From positions 5,487 through 69,486 of the forward strand of contig CANKGV010000004.1 of the NCBI GenBank assembly GCA_947481575.1: a stretch of 64,000 bases of DNA. The letters are read 5' to 3'. The notes below the pieces were generated by a model that was not told the origin of the DNA, made no database searches, and saw only the letters and a program-made list of their open reading frames with translations. Source of the DNA: Alphaproteobacteria bacterium (GTDB taxonomy: Bacteria; Pseudomonadota; Alphaproteobacteria; UBA2966; CAIVPW01). Of this stretch, positions 9,433 through 19,264 are shown in pieces (position 1 is the stretch's first letter; each line of letters opens with the position of its first letter). The position numbers and the translations under genes were made by a program.

Positions 9433-10587
9433 AGCGCGCCAGGCCAGCCTCCAAGTCGGCGATCAGGTCGCCGGCGTCTTCCAGCCCGGCCGAGATGCGC
9501 ACCAGCGCGCCGGTTTCGGTCCACTGGGTGGCCGAACGCGAATAGCCGGGCGTGAACGGCACGATCAGGCTTTCGAAACCGCCCCACGAGTAGCCCAATG
9601 CGAACAGCTTCATGTGGTCGAGCATTGCAGCCAGGGCCGCATCGGGCCCAGGCTGCAACACGAACGCGAAGAGCCCCGGCGCGCCGGTGAAGTCGCGCTG
9701 CCACAACAGGTGGCCGGGGTCGCCGGGCAGGGCGGGGTAGATCACGCGCTGCACCGAAGGGCGTGAGCGCAGCCAGTTGGCGAGCCGCAGCCCCGTCTGC
9801 TGATGCCGCGCCATGCGCGCGGACAACGTGCGCAGTCCGCGCAGCGCCAGATAGCAATCATCGGGCGACACGTAGAGCCCCAAGTTCCATGCAGTTTCCC
9901 GCAGCCGGGTGAACACCGGCTCCGCCGCGGTTACCGTACCCATCAGCAGGTCCGAATGACCGCCGATGTATTTCGTCACCGAGTGAATCGAGATATCGAC
10001 GCCGTGGGCGAGCGGCTTGAAGTACAGCGGCGTCGCCCAGGTATTGTCGATCATGGTGATGGCGCCGTGGGCGCGCACTATCTTGGCCAGCGCCGGCACG
10101 TCTTGCATCTCGAACGTCATCGAGCCTGGTGCTTCCAGGTACACGGCCTTGGTGTTCGGCTGCAGCAGCGGCCGGATATCCGCATGCGGCGCGAAGTAGG
10201 TGACCGTCACGCCGAGGTCTTTCAGCATCCCCTCGCAAAACCGCCGCACGGGGGCGTACACGGTGTCGACGATCAGCGCGTGGTCGCCAGCCTTGCAGGT
10301 TGCCAGCAGCGCGGTCGTGCAGGCGGCGAGTCCCGACGGCACCGCGAGCGTCTTGCCGCCACCGCCTTCCAGCGCCGCCATAGCATCCTGGAATGCGAAC
10401 GTCGTCGGCGTGCCCATACGTCCGTAGAACACGCCGTGGTCCGGCGTGGCCTGGCTCGCCTTCATCGCGGCCATGCTCGGATAGGTCACCGTCGACGCGT
10501 GGTACACCGGCGTGTTGACCACGCCATGGTGTCTGCGCTCGTCGCCATGTTCTCGGCCGGCGTGGGTGAGTTTGGTGTCGTCGTGCA
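9383..10587 (-). CDS. metC: cystathionine beta-lyase MetC (PLP-dependent Cys/Met metabolism enzyme)
   Basis: Strong similarity to E. coli MetC throughout: TKLTHAGR, NTKAVYLEAPGSMTFEMQDVPA, DNTWATP, SVTKYIGGHSD (PLP Lys), YSWGGFESLI, RISAGLEDAGDLIADLEAGLARF. Confidence 0.88.
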
Positions 10588-11433
10588 TCAGCGTTCGATC
10601 GGCACGTCGTCGCGCGCGCCCCATTCTGCCCAGGAGCCATCGTACACCGCGACCTGGGCAGCGCCCGCGCGCTCCAGCGCGAACGCGACCAACGCCGCCG
10701 TTACCCCGGACCCGCAGTAGCACACGATGGGCCGTTGCAGATCGATGCGGGCGGCGGCGAAGCGTTGGCGCAATTCGGAATCGGGCAGCAATGTGCGGGT
10801 GGTGGGGTCCAAGAGCGTGGGGTAGGGCAAGTTACTGCTGCGGGGGATGTGACCGGCGCGCAGGCCGGGGCGCGGTTCCGGGTCGATGCCCTTGAATCTT
10901 CCGGCACTTCGAGCATCCACCACCTGGGCGGTGCTGTTCGTCAGCATCCGTGCCAAATCGTACACGCGCTGGAGGTTCGGGTCGGCAGCGGTGAAGGTGG
11001 CGCGCGTGCTACGCGGTGCGCCGAGCTCGACCGGCAACGATTCCGACTGCCATTTGGCAAAGCCGCCATCCAACACCGCGACCTGCGCGTGGCCGAATAC
11101 GCGGAACGTCCACCACACGCGGGCGGCGGCATACATGGCGTTGCGGTCGTAGACGACAATCCGGTGGCCGGAGCCGATGCCCAATGCGCCGACCGCGCGG
11201 GCGAACGACGCGGCATCGGGCAGCATGTGGGGCAGGGGTGTGACGCGGTCGGCAATCGCGTCGAGGTCGAAGTGGACCGCGCCGGGGATGTGCAGGGCGG
11301 CGAACTCCGCCGTCGCATTGCGCTGTTCGTGGGGCAGGAACCAGGTGGCGTCGACGACGCGCAGGTCCGGTTCGGTCAGGTGCTGAGCGAGCCAGGCGGT
11401 GGAAACCAGACTGGGCGGTGGTGTGCCGCTCAC
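10588..11433 (-). CDS. sseA: 3-mercaptopyruvate/thiosulfate sulfurtransferase (tandem rhodanese domains, SseA-like)
   Basis: GTG start at 11433 overlaps the upstream stop (GTGTGA); active-site CYCGSGVTA; stop abuts the metC start. Confidence 0.8.
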   Translation of the reverse strand: MSGTPPPSLVSTAWLAQHLTEPDLRVVDATWFLPHEQRNATAEFAALHIPGAVHFDLDAIADRVTPLPHMLPDAASFARAVGALGIGSGHRIVVYDRNAMYAAARVWWTFRVFGHAQVAVLDGGFAKWQSESLPVELGAPRSTRATFTAADPNLQRVYDLARMLTNSTAQVVDARSAGRFKGIDPEPRPGLRAGHIPRSSNLPYPTLLDPTTRTLLPDSELRQRFAAARIDLQRPIVCYCGSGVTAALVAFALERAGAAQVAVYDGSWAEWGARDDVPIER

Positions 11434-11681
11434 ACCAGTCCGATGACAATGCGGTAGAACTGCAGCAGGACGATCAGCGGCCACAGCGTACCGTACAGCA
11501 GGGCCTGCCACAGGGCGAAGCCGAGGAACGGCTGTACGCCCGCGTTCCACCCCCAGATGAGGGCCGGGATCAGGTAGGCGAAGTACCCCACCGCGTAAAT
11601 GCCGAGGGACAGCTTGGGCAGCGTGAGCCCAAGGATCATGGTCGGCGGGAGTTGGGGTTCGGTGGCGTTGTTGTTGCTCAT
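11430..11681 (-). CDS. small 2-TM membrane protein of unknown function
   Basis: 83 aa, high GC3, no Cys; sits between the CBS/CysK-like gene (10-nt gap) and sseA (4-nt overlap). Confidence 0.55.
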   Translation of the reverse strand: MSNNNATEPQLPPTMILGLTLPKLSLGIYAVGYFAYLIPALIWGWNAGVQPFLGFALWQALLYGTLWPLIVLLQFYRIVIGLV

Positions 11682-11691
11682 GGGGCCGGGC

Positions 11692-12693
11692 TTACGCCAT
11701 CCACGGCGGCAGGGGCAAGTCCTTCGACCGCAGGTAGGCGGGGTTGAACAGGCGGCTTTGGTAACGCGCGCCGTTGTCGCACAGCAGCGTGACGATGGTG
11801 TGCCCCGGCCCGAGCAGGGTGGCGATGCGCTTGGCGCCGGCCAGATTGATGGCGGTGGAGCCGCCGCAGCACCAGCCTTCGTTGATCATCAGGTCGTACA
11901 CCAGCGGCAAGGCTTCGGCGTCGGCGATCTGGAACGCCTCATCGACGGGGGTGCCGACCAGATTGGCCGTAATGCGGCCCTGGCCGATGCCTTCGGTGAT
12001 CGAGCTGCCTTCGGACTTGAGCGCCCCGTACTTGTAGTAGTGGTACAGCGACGCACCCATGGGATCGGCCAGCGCCACCACCACATCGGGGTTGCGTTCC
12101 TTCAAGTACAGCGCCACGCCGGCCAAGGTGCCGCCGGTGCCGACGGCGCACACGAACGCATCGAGCTTGCCGCTGGTCTGGTGCCAGATTTCGGGCCCGG
12201 TGGTTTCAAAGTGCGCACGGCGGTTGGCGACGTTGTCGAACTGGTTGGCCCAGAACGCGCCATTGGGCAGGGTGCGGTTCAACTCTTCGGCCAAGCGGCC
12301 CGAGTACTTCACGTAATGATTCGGGTCGGAATAGGGGACGGCCGGCACCTCGCGCAGCTCCGCGCCGAGAAGGCGGATGTAGTCCTTCTTCTCCTGGCTC
12401 TGGGTTTCCGGGATCACGATCACGCACTTGTAGCCAAGGGCGTTGGCAACATGGGCCAGGCCGATGCCGGTGTTTCCGGCGGTGCCTTCCACGATGGTGC
12501 CGCCGGGGCGCAACAGCCCGCGCTTCTCGGCGTCGCGGATGATGTAGAGCGCGGCGCGGTCCTTAACCGACCCGCCCGGATTCAGGAATTCGGCCTTGGC
12601 CAGGACGGTGCAGCCGGTGGCCTCGGAGAGGCCTCGCAAACGCACGAGCGGCGTGTTGCCGATCGCATCGGTGAAGTTTGCCCGGAACTCCAT
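11692..12693 (-). CDS. cysteine synthase/cystathionine beta-synthase family PLP enzyme (CBS core-like, no Bateman domains)
   Basis: SVKDR PLP-lysine motif, TAGNTGIGLA, GYKCVIVIPE, HFETTGPEI, AVGTGGTLAG; ATG at 12693 preferred over TTG at 12771 because the intervening codons have low GC3. Confidence 0.8.
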   Translation of the reverse strand: MEFRANFTDAIGNTPLVRLRGLSEATGCTVLAKAEFLNPGGSVKDRAALYIIRDAEKRGLLRPGGTIVEGTAGNTGIGLAHVANALGYKCVIVIPETQSQEKKDYIRLLGAELREVPAVPYSDPNHYVKYSGRLAEELNRTLPNGAFWANQFDNVANRRAHFETTGPEIWHQTSGKLDAFVCAVGTGGTLAGVALYLKERNPDVVVALADPMGASLYHYYKYGALKSEGSSITEGIGQGRITANLVGTPVDEAFQIADAEALPLVYDLMINEGWCCGGSTAINLAGAKRIATLLGPGHTIVTLLCDNGARYQSRLFNPAYLRSKDLPLPPWMA

Positions 12694-12963
12694 ACGGTGC
12701 GGAAACGCCTGCGACGGCGGCTGAGCGCCACCAGGGGGAGAAACTGTAGCGGGGGCTGCGGGGGCGTTCAAGGAATGGTGAAGATTGGCCGGCCGTCTGT
12801 CCCGCTCAAGCCCACGTTCCCGCGGAAACCCTGCTGAATCCGCCCCGCTGTTCTCACGTGGCCGAGATCGCGGGGGTCGGAGTGAGGAGGACTAGGGCCC
12901 GCCCAGTCGGGCGCCGAGCCATGGGATCAGCGGGGTTCATTGGGGTATGGTCAAGCGGCCTTC

Positions 12964-15147
12964 CTATCGTGCGCTCCCCAGCATCGTCTCGAGCACCCTC
13001 GCCAACTCTTTGTAGGGGTACGGCTTGGCGAGCAGCATCATGCTTTCGAACGGTATGTTCTGGTCGGCGGATGCATGCCCGGCGAAGCCCGACGTCAGGA
13101 GCACCTTGATGGCCGGCCGACGTTGTAGCGCCAGAATCCCCAGTTCCCGCCCATCGATACCGCCGGGCATGACGATATCCGTGAACAGGAGGTCCACGAC
13201 TGTGTCTTGCTGGTCCAGAATTGACAGCGCGTCAGCAGCACTGGCCGCCTCAATGGCGACGTAACCAAGCGATGCAAGCTGGGCAAGCACCGTACGCCGC
13301 ACCAGGTCGTTGTCTTCGACGACGAGGATGCTGCGGGATGGCGCGCCCGATAGCGTCACCGCAACCAACGACATGGCGGCCACGTCATCCGTTTCGGCCG
13401 CGCGAGGCAGATAGATATCGACGGTCGTACCTCGGCCGACCTCACTGCGAAGCGATACAGTGCCGCCGGACTGCTTCACGAAACCGAACACCATGCTAAG
13501 ACCAAGCCCGGTTCCGTGCCCGACCGGCTTGGTCGAGAAGAACGGCTCGAACGCGCGGCCCAGGACCTCGGGTGGCATCCCGACGCCGCTATCGGTGACT
13601 GAGATCACCACGTAGTCGCCCGGCTCCAACCCTAGCGCCCCGCCGGCTTGCATGGGGTCGAGCGAGACGTTGCTGGTGGAGATTGTGAGATCTCCCCCGC
13701 GGCGCATGGCATCGCGGGCATTGGTGGCCAGGTTGACGATGGCGCTGTCCAATTGCGCAGGGTCGACCCGTACACGCCACAAGTCGGGCTGGTACACCTG
13801 CCGCACGGCGATCAGTTCTCCGAGAGTACCCTTCAGCAGGCCCGCGATCCCGGCAACCCGCCGATTGATGTCGGTGTGCTGGGGATCAAGTGGCTGACGG
13901 CGCGAGAATGCGAGGAGGCTGCGCGTCAGGTCCCCGGCGCGCGTCGCACCGGCCAGCGCAGAGTCGATAAGGCTGTTCCCCTCGGCGTCGATGCCCTTGC
14001 GTCCTCGCAGCATTTCGAGGTTGCCGATCATGACGCCCAGATAGTTGTTGAAATCGTGGGCCATTCCACCGGTGAGATGACCGATGGATTCCATCTTCTG
14101 GGCTTCGTAGAGGCGCCGCTCGCTTTCGCGCAATTCGGCGGTGCGCTCGTCGACCAGCCTCGCCAGCGCATAGCTGAACTCGGTCTCGCTCCGGCGCGCG
14201 CGACGAATGCGCATGGCGATGTATGAGGCAATGCCGACCCCGATGCCGCCGGCCAGCAGTCCGCCCACCACGACCGGGCCGATCGCGGCCGCGACCGCAT
14301 CGTCGAGTTCCGAGGTCGGCAGACCGGCAACGCTGATCCATCCGGTTTCCTCGGACCGAAAGAACACCGAATACGTGGATTGCCCTTCCTGGTTGACGCT
14401 CCGGAAGATTCCTTGTGTGCCGGCTTTCAAGGCCTGCTCCAGCTGCGGTGTAACCCGCTTGCCGACGTATTGCTCGGGCGAGCGGTTGCGGGCGGCAATT
14501 ACGAGGTTTGGGTCGACGATCGCGCCCGTGCGCGTGGGCGGAAATTTGCTCGACCGATAGACGTCCGACAAATAGGCGGGGGACAGCGTAACGCTCACGG
14601 TCTGGGTCACTTGCCCGTCACGGAAGATCGGCGCCCGGACAGGAATGATCGGCTCGGGCACCGTGGGCCCGGTCGACCGAACCCCGAAGATGGTCGTCTT
14701 GCCTGATTCGGCGACGATGCGGCTTTGTTCCATTGCCACCGCACCGGCGGGGCCAGTCGTTCCGGGTGGCAACGATGTGTGCACGAGGTAGGTGGCGGCA
14801 GGCAAGTCCGTGACGAGGATCGCAGTGATCTGTGGCTGCGTCGACAGGATGGCCCGGGCGCTGGTGTCGAACTCGGACCACTCGGCGTCTGCGATCGGCT
14901 GGGATACAGCGAATGCGGCCGCCGTACGTTGCGCCGCAATCAGCTCCACATCGACCGCCGCGGAAATGGTCTGGACTACGGCGCGGAGCTCGGATTCCTT
15001 AGCCTGCCGGATCTCGCGGTAGAGCAAACCGGTAATCACGAGGGCGCCGAGCGCCACGGGGAGCGTTGCCGCGACGACCAACGTCAACGACGACGACGCG
15101 ATGCGCGACCAAAGTCGGCTCGGTTCGGAGGGGAGCGAGGTGGTCAT
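12964..15147 (-). CDS. hybrid sensor histidine kinase/response regulator (periplasmic sensor, 2 TM, HisKA, HATPase_c, C-terminal REC)
   Basis: ATG at 15147 (MTTSLPS); H-box HLTGGMAHDFNNYLGV, N/G boxes, REC with FTDIVMPGGIDG. Confidence 0.85.
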   Translation of the reverse strand: MTTSLPSEPSRLWSRIASSSLTLVVAATLPVALGALVITGLLYREIRQAKESELRAVVQTISAAVDVELIAAQRTAAAFAVSQPIADAEWSEFDTSARAILSTQPQITAILVTDLPAATYLVHTSLPPGTTGPAGAVAMEQSRIVAESGKTTIFGVRSTGPTVPEPIIPVRAPIFRDGQVTQTVSVTLSPAYLSDVYRSSKFPPTRTGAIVDPNLVIAARNRSPEQYVGKRVTPQLEQALKAGTQGIFRSVNQEGQSTYSVFFRSEETGWISVAGLPTSELDDAVAAAIGPVVVGGLLAGGIGVGIASYIAMRIRRARRSETEFSYALARLVDERTAELRESERRLYEAQKMESIGHLTGGMAHDFNNYLGVMIGNLEMLRGRKGIDAEGNSLIDSALAGATRAGDLTRSLLAFSRRQPLDPQHTDINRRVAGIAGLLKGTLGELIAVRQVYQPDLWRVRVDPAQLDSAIVNLATNARDAMRRGGDLTISTSNVSLDPMQAGGALGLEPGDYVVISVTDSGVGMPPEVLGRAFEPFFSTKPVGHGTGLGLSMVFGFVKQSGGTVSLRSEVGRGTTVDIYLPRAAETDDVAAMSLVAVTLSGAPSRSILVVEDNDLVRRTVLAQLASLGYVAIEAASAADALSILDQQDTVVDLLFTDIVMPGGIDGRELGILALQRRPAIKVLLTSGFAGHASADQNIPFESMMLLAKPYPYKELARVLETMLGSAR

Positions 15148-15200
15148 GGGCCTTGGAGTTACTCTTGACGCTGCTTGACCGGCCGGCGGCGGCCGGGTCA

Positions 15201-18200
15201 CTAGGCCAAGGCAGTTGCGGGCTTTGCCGCGAGCTCCAACGCATCTTTGATTGCCCGCGCCAACTCCGACCGCCGGTAGGGCTTGGCGAGCAGCTGCCAA
15301 GGCCGCGGTAGCGTTCCGTAGGGTCCCACCGGCGCCGAGCCGGGGAATCCAGACGCCAGCAGAATCGGGATTCCCGGCCATCGTTTGGCGGCCGCCTCCG
15401 CCAGGGCCTGGCCGTCGAGTGTGCCGGGCATCACGACATCGCTGAACAGGAGGTCGATCTGCCGTTCCCAGCCCTCCAACAACTCCCACGCGACGTCGGC
15501 ATTCTCCGCCGCGAGAACGTGGTAGCCCATTTCCGTGAGTTCGCGGACCGCGACGCGGCGCAGTTCGGGGTTGTCCTCGACCACCAGGATGGTTTGGGAC
15601 TTGCCCCGGGGCAGTTCGGCCTCGACCGTTGCTGCCGCCTTCACGGCGTAGCCGGCGGGTGGCAGGTAGAGGCGCACGGTCGTGCCCCGCCCGGGTTCGC
15701 TGGACAGTGTTACGTGCCCCCCCGACTGCAGCACAAATCCGTACAAGGTGCTCAGCCCCAGGCCGGTCCCGTGCCCCGGCGCCTTGGTGGTGAAGAACGG
15801 TTCGAACGCGCGCGCCACTTGGTCGGGCGTCATTCCGATGCCGGTATCCGACACTTCGACCACCACGTATGAGCCAGGGGGAATCCCGGCAATCTGGTCG
15901 TCCTGTAGGACGACCAGATTGCGCGTCGCGAGCGTCACAGTGCCGCCGTCCGGCATCGCGTCCCGGGCATTGGTCGCGAGGTTGACTAGAGAGGTGTCGA
16001 ACTGGGACGGATCGATCCTAATCGGCCAGACATCTTCGGCGGTTCTGACCACGACCTGGATCCGTTCTCCCAGGAGCCGGCTCATCAGCTTGGCCATATC
16101 GGCGATCCGCACATTGACATCGACAGCCTGCGGGTCGATCGGCTGCTGGCGCGAAAACGCCAGCAAGCTGCGGGTCAGTTCCGCGGCGCGCGCGGCACCG
16201 CGCAGGGCGTCGTCTGCCAGTTCGGCGGCATCCGGCGCCAGCGATTTGCGGTCCTTCAGCAACTCGATATTTCCCATGATTACGCCTAGATAATTGTTGA
16301 AGTCGTGGGCCATGCCGCCGGTGAGCCGGCCGATCGCGTCCATCTTCATCGCCTGGGCCAGTTGCCCTTCCAGCGCCTTGCGGGCCGTGACATCGCGCAC
16401 CGCCGCGGCGATCACGGGGCGGTCCTCGAATTGGACCGGCGCCAGCTCGATTTCGGCGGGGAACTGCGTGCCGTCCTTGCGCAACCCCTGCAGGCCAACG
16501 CGGCCCGGCCCCATCTGGCGCCGTGCGGGGTCGCGGGCGAAGCCCTGCCGGAGGCGTTCATGGTTGGCACGCCCATTCAGCGGCACCAGCAATTCGACCG
16601 GCTGGCCAACAAGCTCCCCGGCCGTCCACCCAAAGATCTGTTCGATGCGACGGTTCGCCATAGCGATACGGCCATCGCCGTCCACGATCAGCAGCCCTTC
16701 GGGCGAGAACTCCCACAGGTCCTGGTATTGCCGCCGGCTGCGTTCGCGGACGATCGAATCCGCGGCCCCGGCGGCGAACAATCGGAGAATGGTGACCAGG
16801 GACTCGGCATCCTGGATCGGCCGCCGGTTCAGGACGCCCAAGGTGCCCAGCATCCGTCCCGAGGAATCGAGCAAGGGAACCGCCGCGTATGCCTCGAAGC
16901 CGTTGTCCGCCAGGAATCGGTCCGTGGGATACAATTTGGCTACGTCGTGGGTGACGATCACCGCCCGTTCCGGGGTCACGTCGCCGCAGGGAGTGCCTGC
17001 TGCGGCGTAGTCGACGGTGCCGGTCAACGCGCCATCCACGACCATCGCCAGCGCCTGCAATTGTCCCGCGTGCGCTGGGTCGAACCGCGACACGAACGCC
17101 GCGTCCATGGCCAGCATGTCAGCCGCACGGAGCGCCACCGCATCGAGGTACCGCTGGCCGTCCAGTCCGACGAGGCCGGTCGCCATGAAGTGCATCGTCT
17201 CTTCGATGCGGTTGCGCTCGGTGATGTCGGTCAAGCTGCCCACGAAGCCGGCGAGGGCACCGTCCGCGCTGGCGACCTCCACCACCTGCGCCAGTATCCA
17301 GCGCGTGGATCCATCGGCGCCAAGAATCCGGAACTCGGTCGCTAAGGGCCGGTAGGCCGCCGCCTCTAGCAGTTCCCGCACCACCCGGTCACGGTCTTCC
17401 GGATGCAGGAACCGCGTCCACCCCCGCCCCAGCAGTTCCGCCACCGGAACGCCGGCCATGTCGCCGAGGCGGCCATTTCCGTATTCCCAATTCCCGTTCG
17501 TATCGGCGCGGAAAATACCGACCGGGGATGACCGGGCGAGCGAGGCAAACAACTGTTCGCTGGCCGCCAAGTCTTCCAGCGCGGCGCGGGCGTGTGTGAT
17601 GTCCTCATGGGCCAAGACCACCTTGCTGCGGCTATCGCTGCCAGCAAGGCGCGTGGCGCGGCACTGGAACCAAGTGAACGGCCGGCCCGGGCACTCGCTG
17701 CGGTATTCATGGGCGAACTCGACGCCGTCGCCGGACAGCATGCTAGCGACGCCGCGGGCGACCTCGGCGGCGTCCTCGTTGCCGGCGGTTGCCGCAACGT
17801 GGCACGCAGATAGGTAGTTCTCCGCGACCGCAACACGGTGCCACGGATCGCCGCAGATGGCCGCGAACCGCCGCCACGCGGCGTTGGTTGCCACTACGGC
17901 GCCGTTCCGGTCGAGCACCATGATCCGTGCGTCCAGCGCATCGATGACGTCGAGCGCGAACCGCTCGCTGTCCGCCAACGCTTTATTGATCTCGCGCAGG
18001 CGCAGTTCCAACCGGTGGTTGCTCAGCGCCGATTGAATCGTCGCATGCAACTCGCGTTCTTCGAACGGCTTGACCAGGTAACCGAACGGCGACGCGTCCG
18101 TTGCGCGCTGAATGACGGAGTCGTCGGAATAGGCGGTCAGGAACACCACCGGGACATCGATCAACTCGCGCAACCGCTTCGCGGCTTCGGTCCCGTCCAT

Positions 18201-18386
18201 GGGTCCGTCAAGATTGACGTCCATCAGGACGAGGTCCGGCTTCTCCGCGGGAATCTTGGCAATTGCCGCCGGGGCGCTCGCCGCGCGTCCGCACACCGAA
18301 TAGCCGAGTGCCGTCAGACGGGCCGAGATCTCCATGACGATCAGGGCTTCGTCTTCGACGACAAAGATGCGCGCGCGACCGGTCAT
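15201..18386 (-). CDS. hybrid histidine kinase: N-terminal REC, PAS, GAF, PAS, HisKA, HATPase_c, C-terminal REC
   Basis: N-REC IFVVEDEALIV...LMDVNLDG; H-box RLTGGMAHDFNNYLGV; C-REC ILVVEDNPEL...FSDVVMPG. Confidence 0.85.
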   Translation of the reverse strand: MTGRARIFVVEDEALIVMEISARLTALGYSVCGRAASAPAAIAKIPAEKPDLVLMDVNLDGPMDGTEAAKRLRELIDVPVVFLTAYSDDSVIQRATDASPFGYLVKPFEERELHATIQSALSNHRLELRLREINKALADSERFALDVIDALDARIMVLDRNGAVVATNAAWRRFAAICGDPWHRVAVAENYLSACHVAATAGNEDAAEVARGVASMLSGDGVEFAHEYRSECPGRPFTWFQCRATRLAGSDSRSKVVLAHEDITHARAALEDLAASEQLFASLARSSPVGIFRADTNGNWEYGNGRLGDMAGVPVAELLGRGWTRFLHPEDRDRVVRELLEAAAYRPLATEFRILGADGSTRWILAQVVEVASADGALAGFVGSLTDITERNRIEETMHFMATGLVGLDGQRYLDAVALRAADMLAMDAAFVSRFDPAHAGQLQALAMVVDGALTGTVDYAAAGTPCGDVTPERAVIVTHDVAKLYPTDRFLADNGFEAYAAVPLLDSSGRMLGTLGVLNRRPIQDAESLVTILRLFAAGAADSIVRERSRRQYQDLWEFSPEGLLIVDGDGRIAMANRRIEQIFGWTAGELVGQPVELLVPLNGRANHERLRQGFARDPARRQMGPGRVGLQGLRKDGTQFPAEIELAPVQFEDRPVIAAAVRDVTARKALEGQLAQAMKMDAIGRLTGGMAHDFNNYLGVIMGNIELLKDRKSLAPDAAELADDALRGAARAAELTRSLLAFSRQQPIDPQAVDVNVRIADMAKLMSRLLGERIQVVVRTAEDVWPIRIDPSQFDTSLVNLATNARDAMPDGGTVTLATRNLVVLQDDQIAGIPPGSYVVVEVSDTGIGMTPDQVARAFEPFFTTKAPGHGTGLGLSTLYGFVLQSGGHVTLSSEPGRGTTVRLYLPPAGYAVKAAATVEAELPRGKSQTILVVEDNPELRRVAVRELTEMGYHVLAAENADVAWELLEGWERQIDLLFSDVVMPGTLDGQALAEAAAKRWPGIPILLASGFPGSAPVGPYGTLPRPWQLLAKPYRRSELARAIKDALELAAKPATALA

Positions 18387-18919
18387 GGCATGGACCCCTG
18401 TGCTTGTGGGATGGTGAGTGTGACCCTGGTTCCCGGCCCACTCACGTGGACGGAGCCGCCGATCTGCGCGGCCAGATTGACGATCAATTGCCAGCCGAAG
18501 GAGTCCGTGTCTTGGGGATCAAAGCCTTCCGGCATGCCGGGGCCGTCGTCTGAGACGGAAATCGAGATGGTGTCGCCGTCGCGCGCGAAGCCGATCGCAA
18601 CCGTACCGGTACGGTCGCCGAGAAATGCGTGTTTGAACGCGTTGGTGAGCAGTTCGGCAACAATCATGCCGCAGGGAAGCGCGGTCTGGATGGGCAGGTA
18701 GATCTCCCCTTCGCCGATGAGCAGGGCGATCCGCGCACCATCCGACTTGGACAAGCCCGTCTGGTCCGCGGCCAGCGCACTGACGTATTCGGCAAGTGAA
18801 TAGCTCTGCTTGCGAAACCGAGGAATGATTGTCCGGACGGGACAGCACCCCTCTATGCAAGGGAACCGGACGGCGCCAGGCCGGTCCGAATCGACACTTT
18901 CGTCAGGCTTCTGTTGCAT
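18383..18919 (-). CDS. stand-alone histidine-kinase-type ATPase (HisKA_2/HWE-type HATPase_c) protein lacking a phosphoacceptor H-box
   Basis: N-box VAELLTNAFKHAF, G1 DDGPGMPEG, then GTRVTLTIP; stop overlaps the start of the 15201-18386 kinase (ATGA); the ATG at 18919 is the only start that avoids the HU gene on the opposite strand. Confidence 0.55.
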   Translation of the reverse strand: MQQKPDESVDSDRPGAVRFPCIEGCCPVRTIIPRFRKQSYSLAEYVSALAADQTGLSKSDGARIALLIGEGEIYLPIQTALPCGMIVAELLTNAFKHAFLGDRTGTVAIGFARDGDTISISVSDDGPGMPEGFDPQDTDSFGWQLIVNLAAQIGGSVHVSGPGTRVTLTIPQAQGSMP

Positions 18920-18986
18920 TTCCTCGCTGCCGGTAGCACAACCTGTAGTGCTCAACCGAGCGATCGACACCACATAGGGAAACCTG

Positions 18987-19256
18987 ATGACGAAACCACT
19001 GCTTGCCGACGTCGTCCGCAGCGCCACGGGTTGCACCGTCGCACAGTCGAAGGATGCCGTTGATGGAATCATCGAACTGATCGGAAAGGCCCTCAAGAAG
19101 GAGGGCACGTTCGGCGTGATCGGCTTCGGCACCTTCAACGTGTCCAAGCGCGCCGCACGCGCCGGCCGCAATCCGCTCACGGGCGAGAAGATCAAGATCA
19201 AGGCCTCGAAGTCCGTCCGCTTCAAGGCCTCCAAGACGCTCAAGGAGCGTCTCTAG
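18987..19256 (+). CDS. hup: HU family DNA-binding protein
   Basis: GFGTFNVSKRAARAGRNPLTGEKIKI matches the HU/IHF DNA-binding arm. Confidence 0.9.
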   Translation: MTKPLLADVVRSATGCTVAQSKDAVDGIIELIGKALKKEGTFGVIGFGTFNVSKRAARAGRNPLTGEKIKIKASKSVRFKASKTLKERL

Positions 19257-19264
19257 GCTTCGGT

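Noticed and set aside
11599-12837. 412-aa plus-strand ORF
   Set aside because: Antisense to the CBS/CysK-like gene and the small membrane gene; no motifs, Gly/Ala/Arg-rich
16305-17345. 346-aa plus-strand ORF
   Set aside because: Antisense to the hybrid histidine kinase; composition artefact
18920-19243. N-terminal extension of the ATPase-only ORF (286-aa version)
   Set aside because: Would overlap the strongly supported HU gene on the opposite strand and contains no H-box; the shorter start at 18919 is preferred
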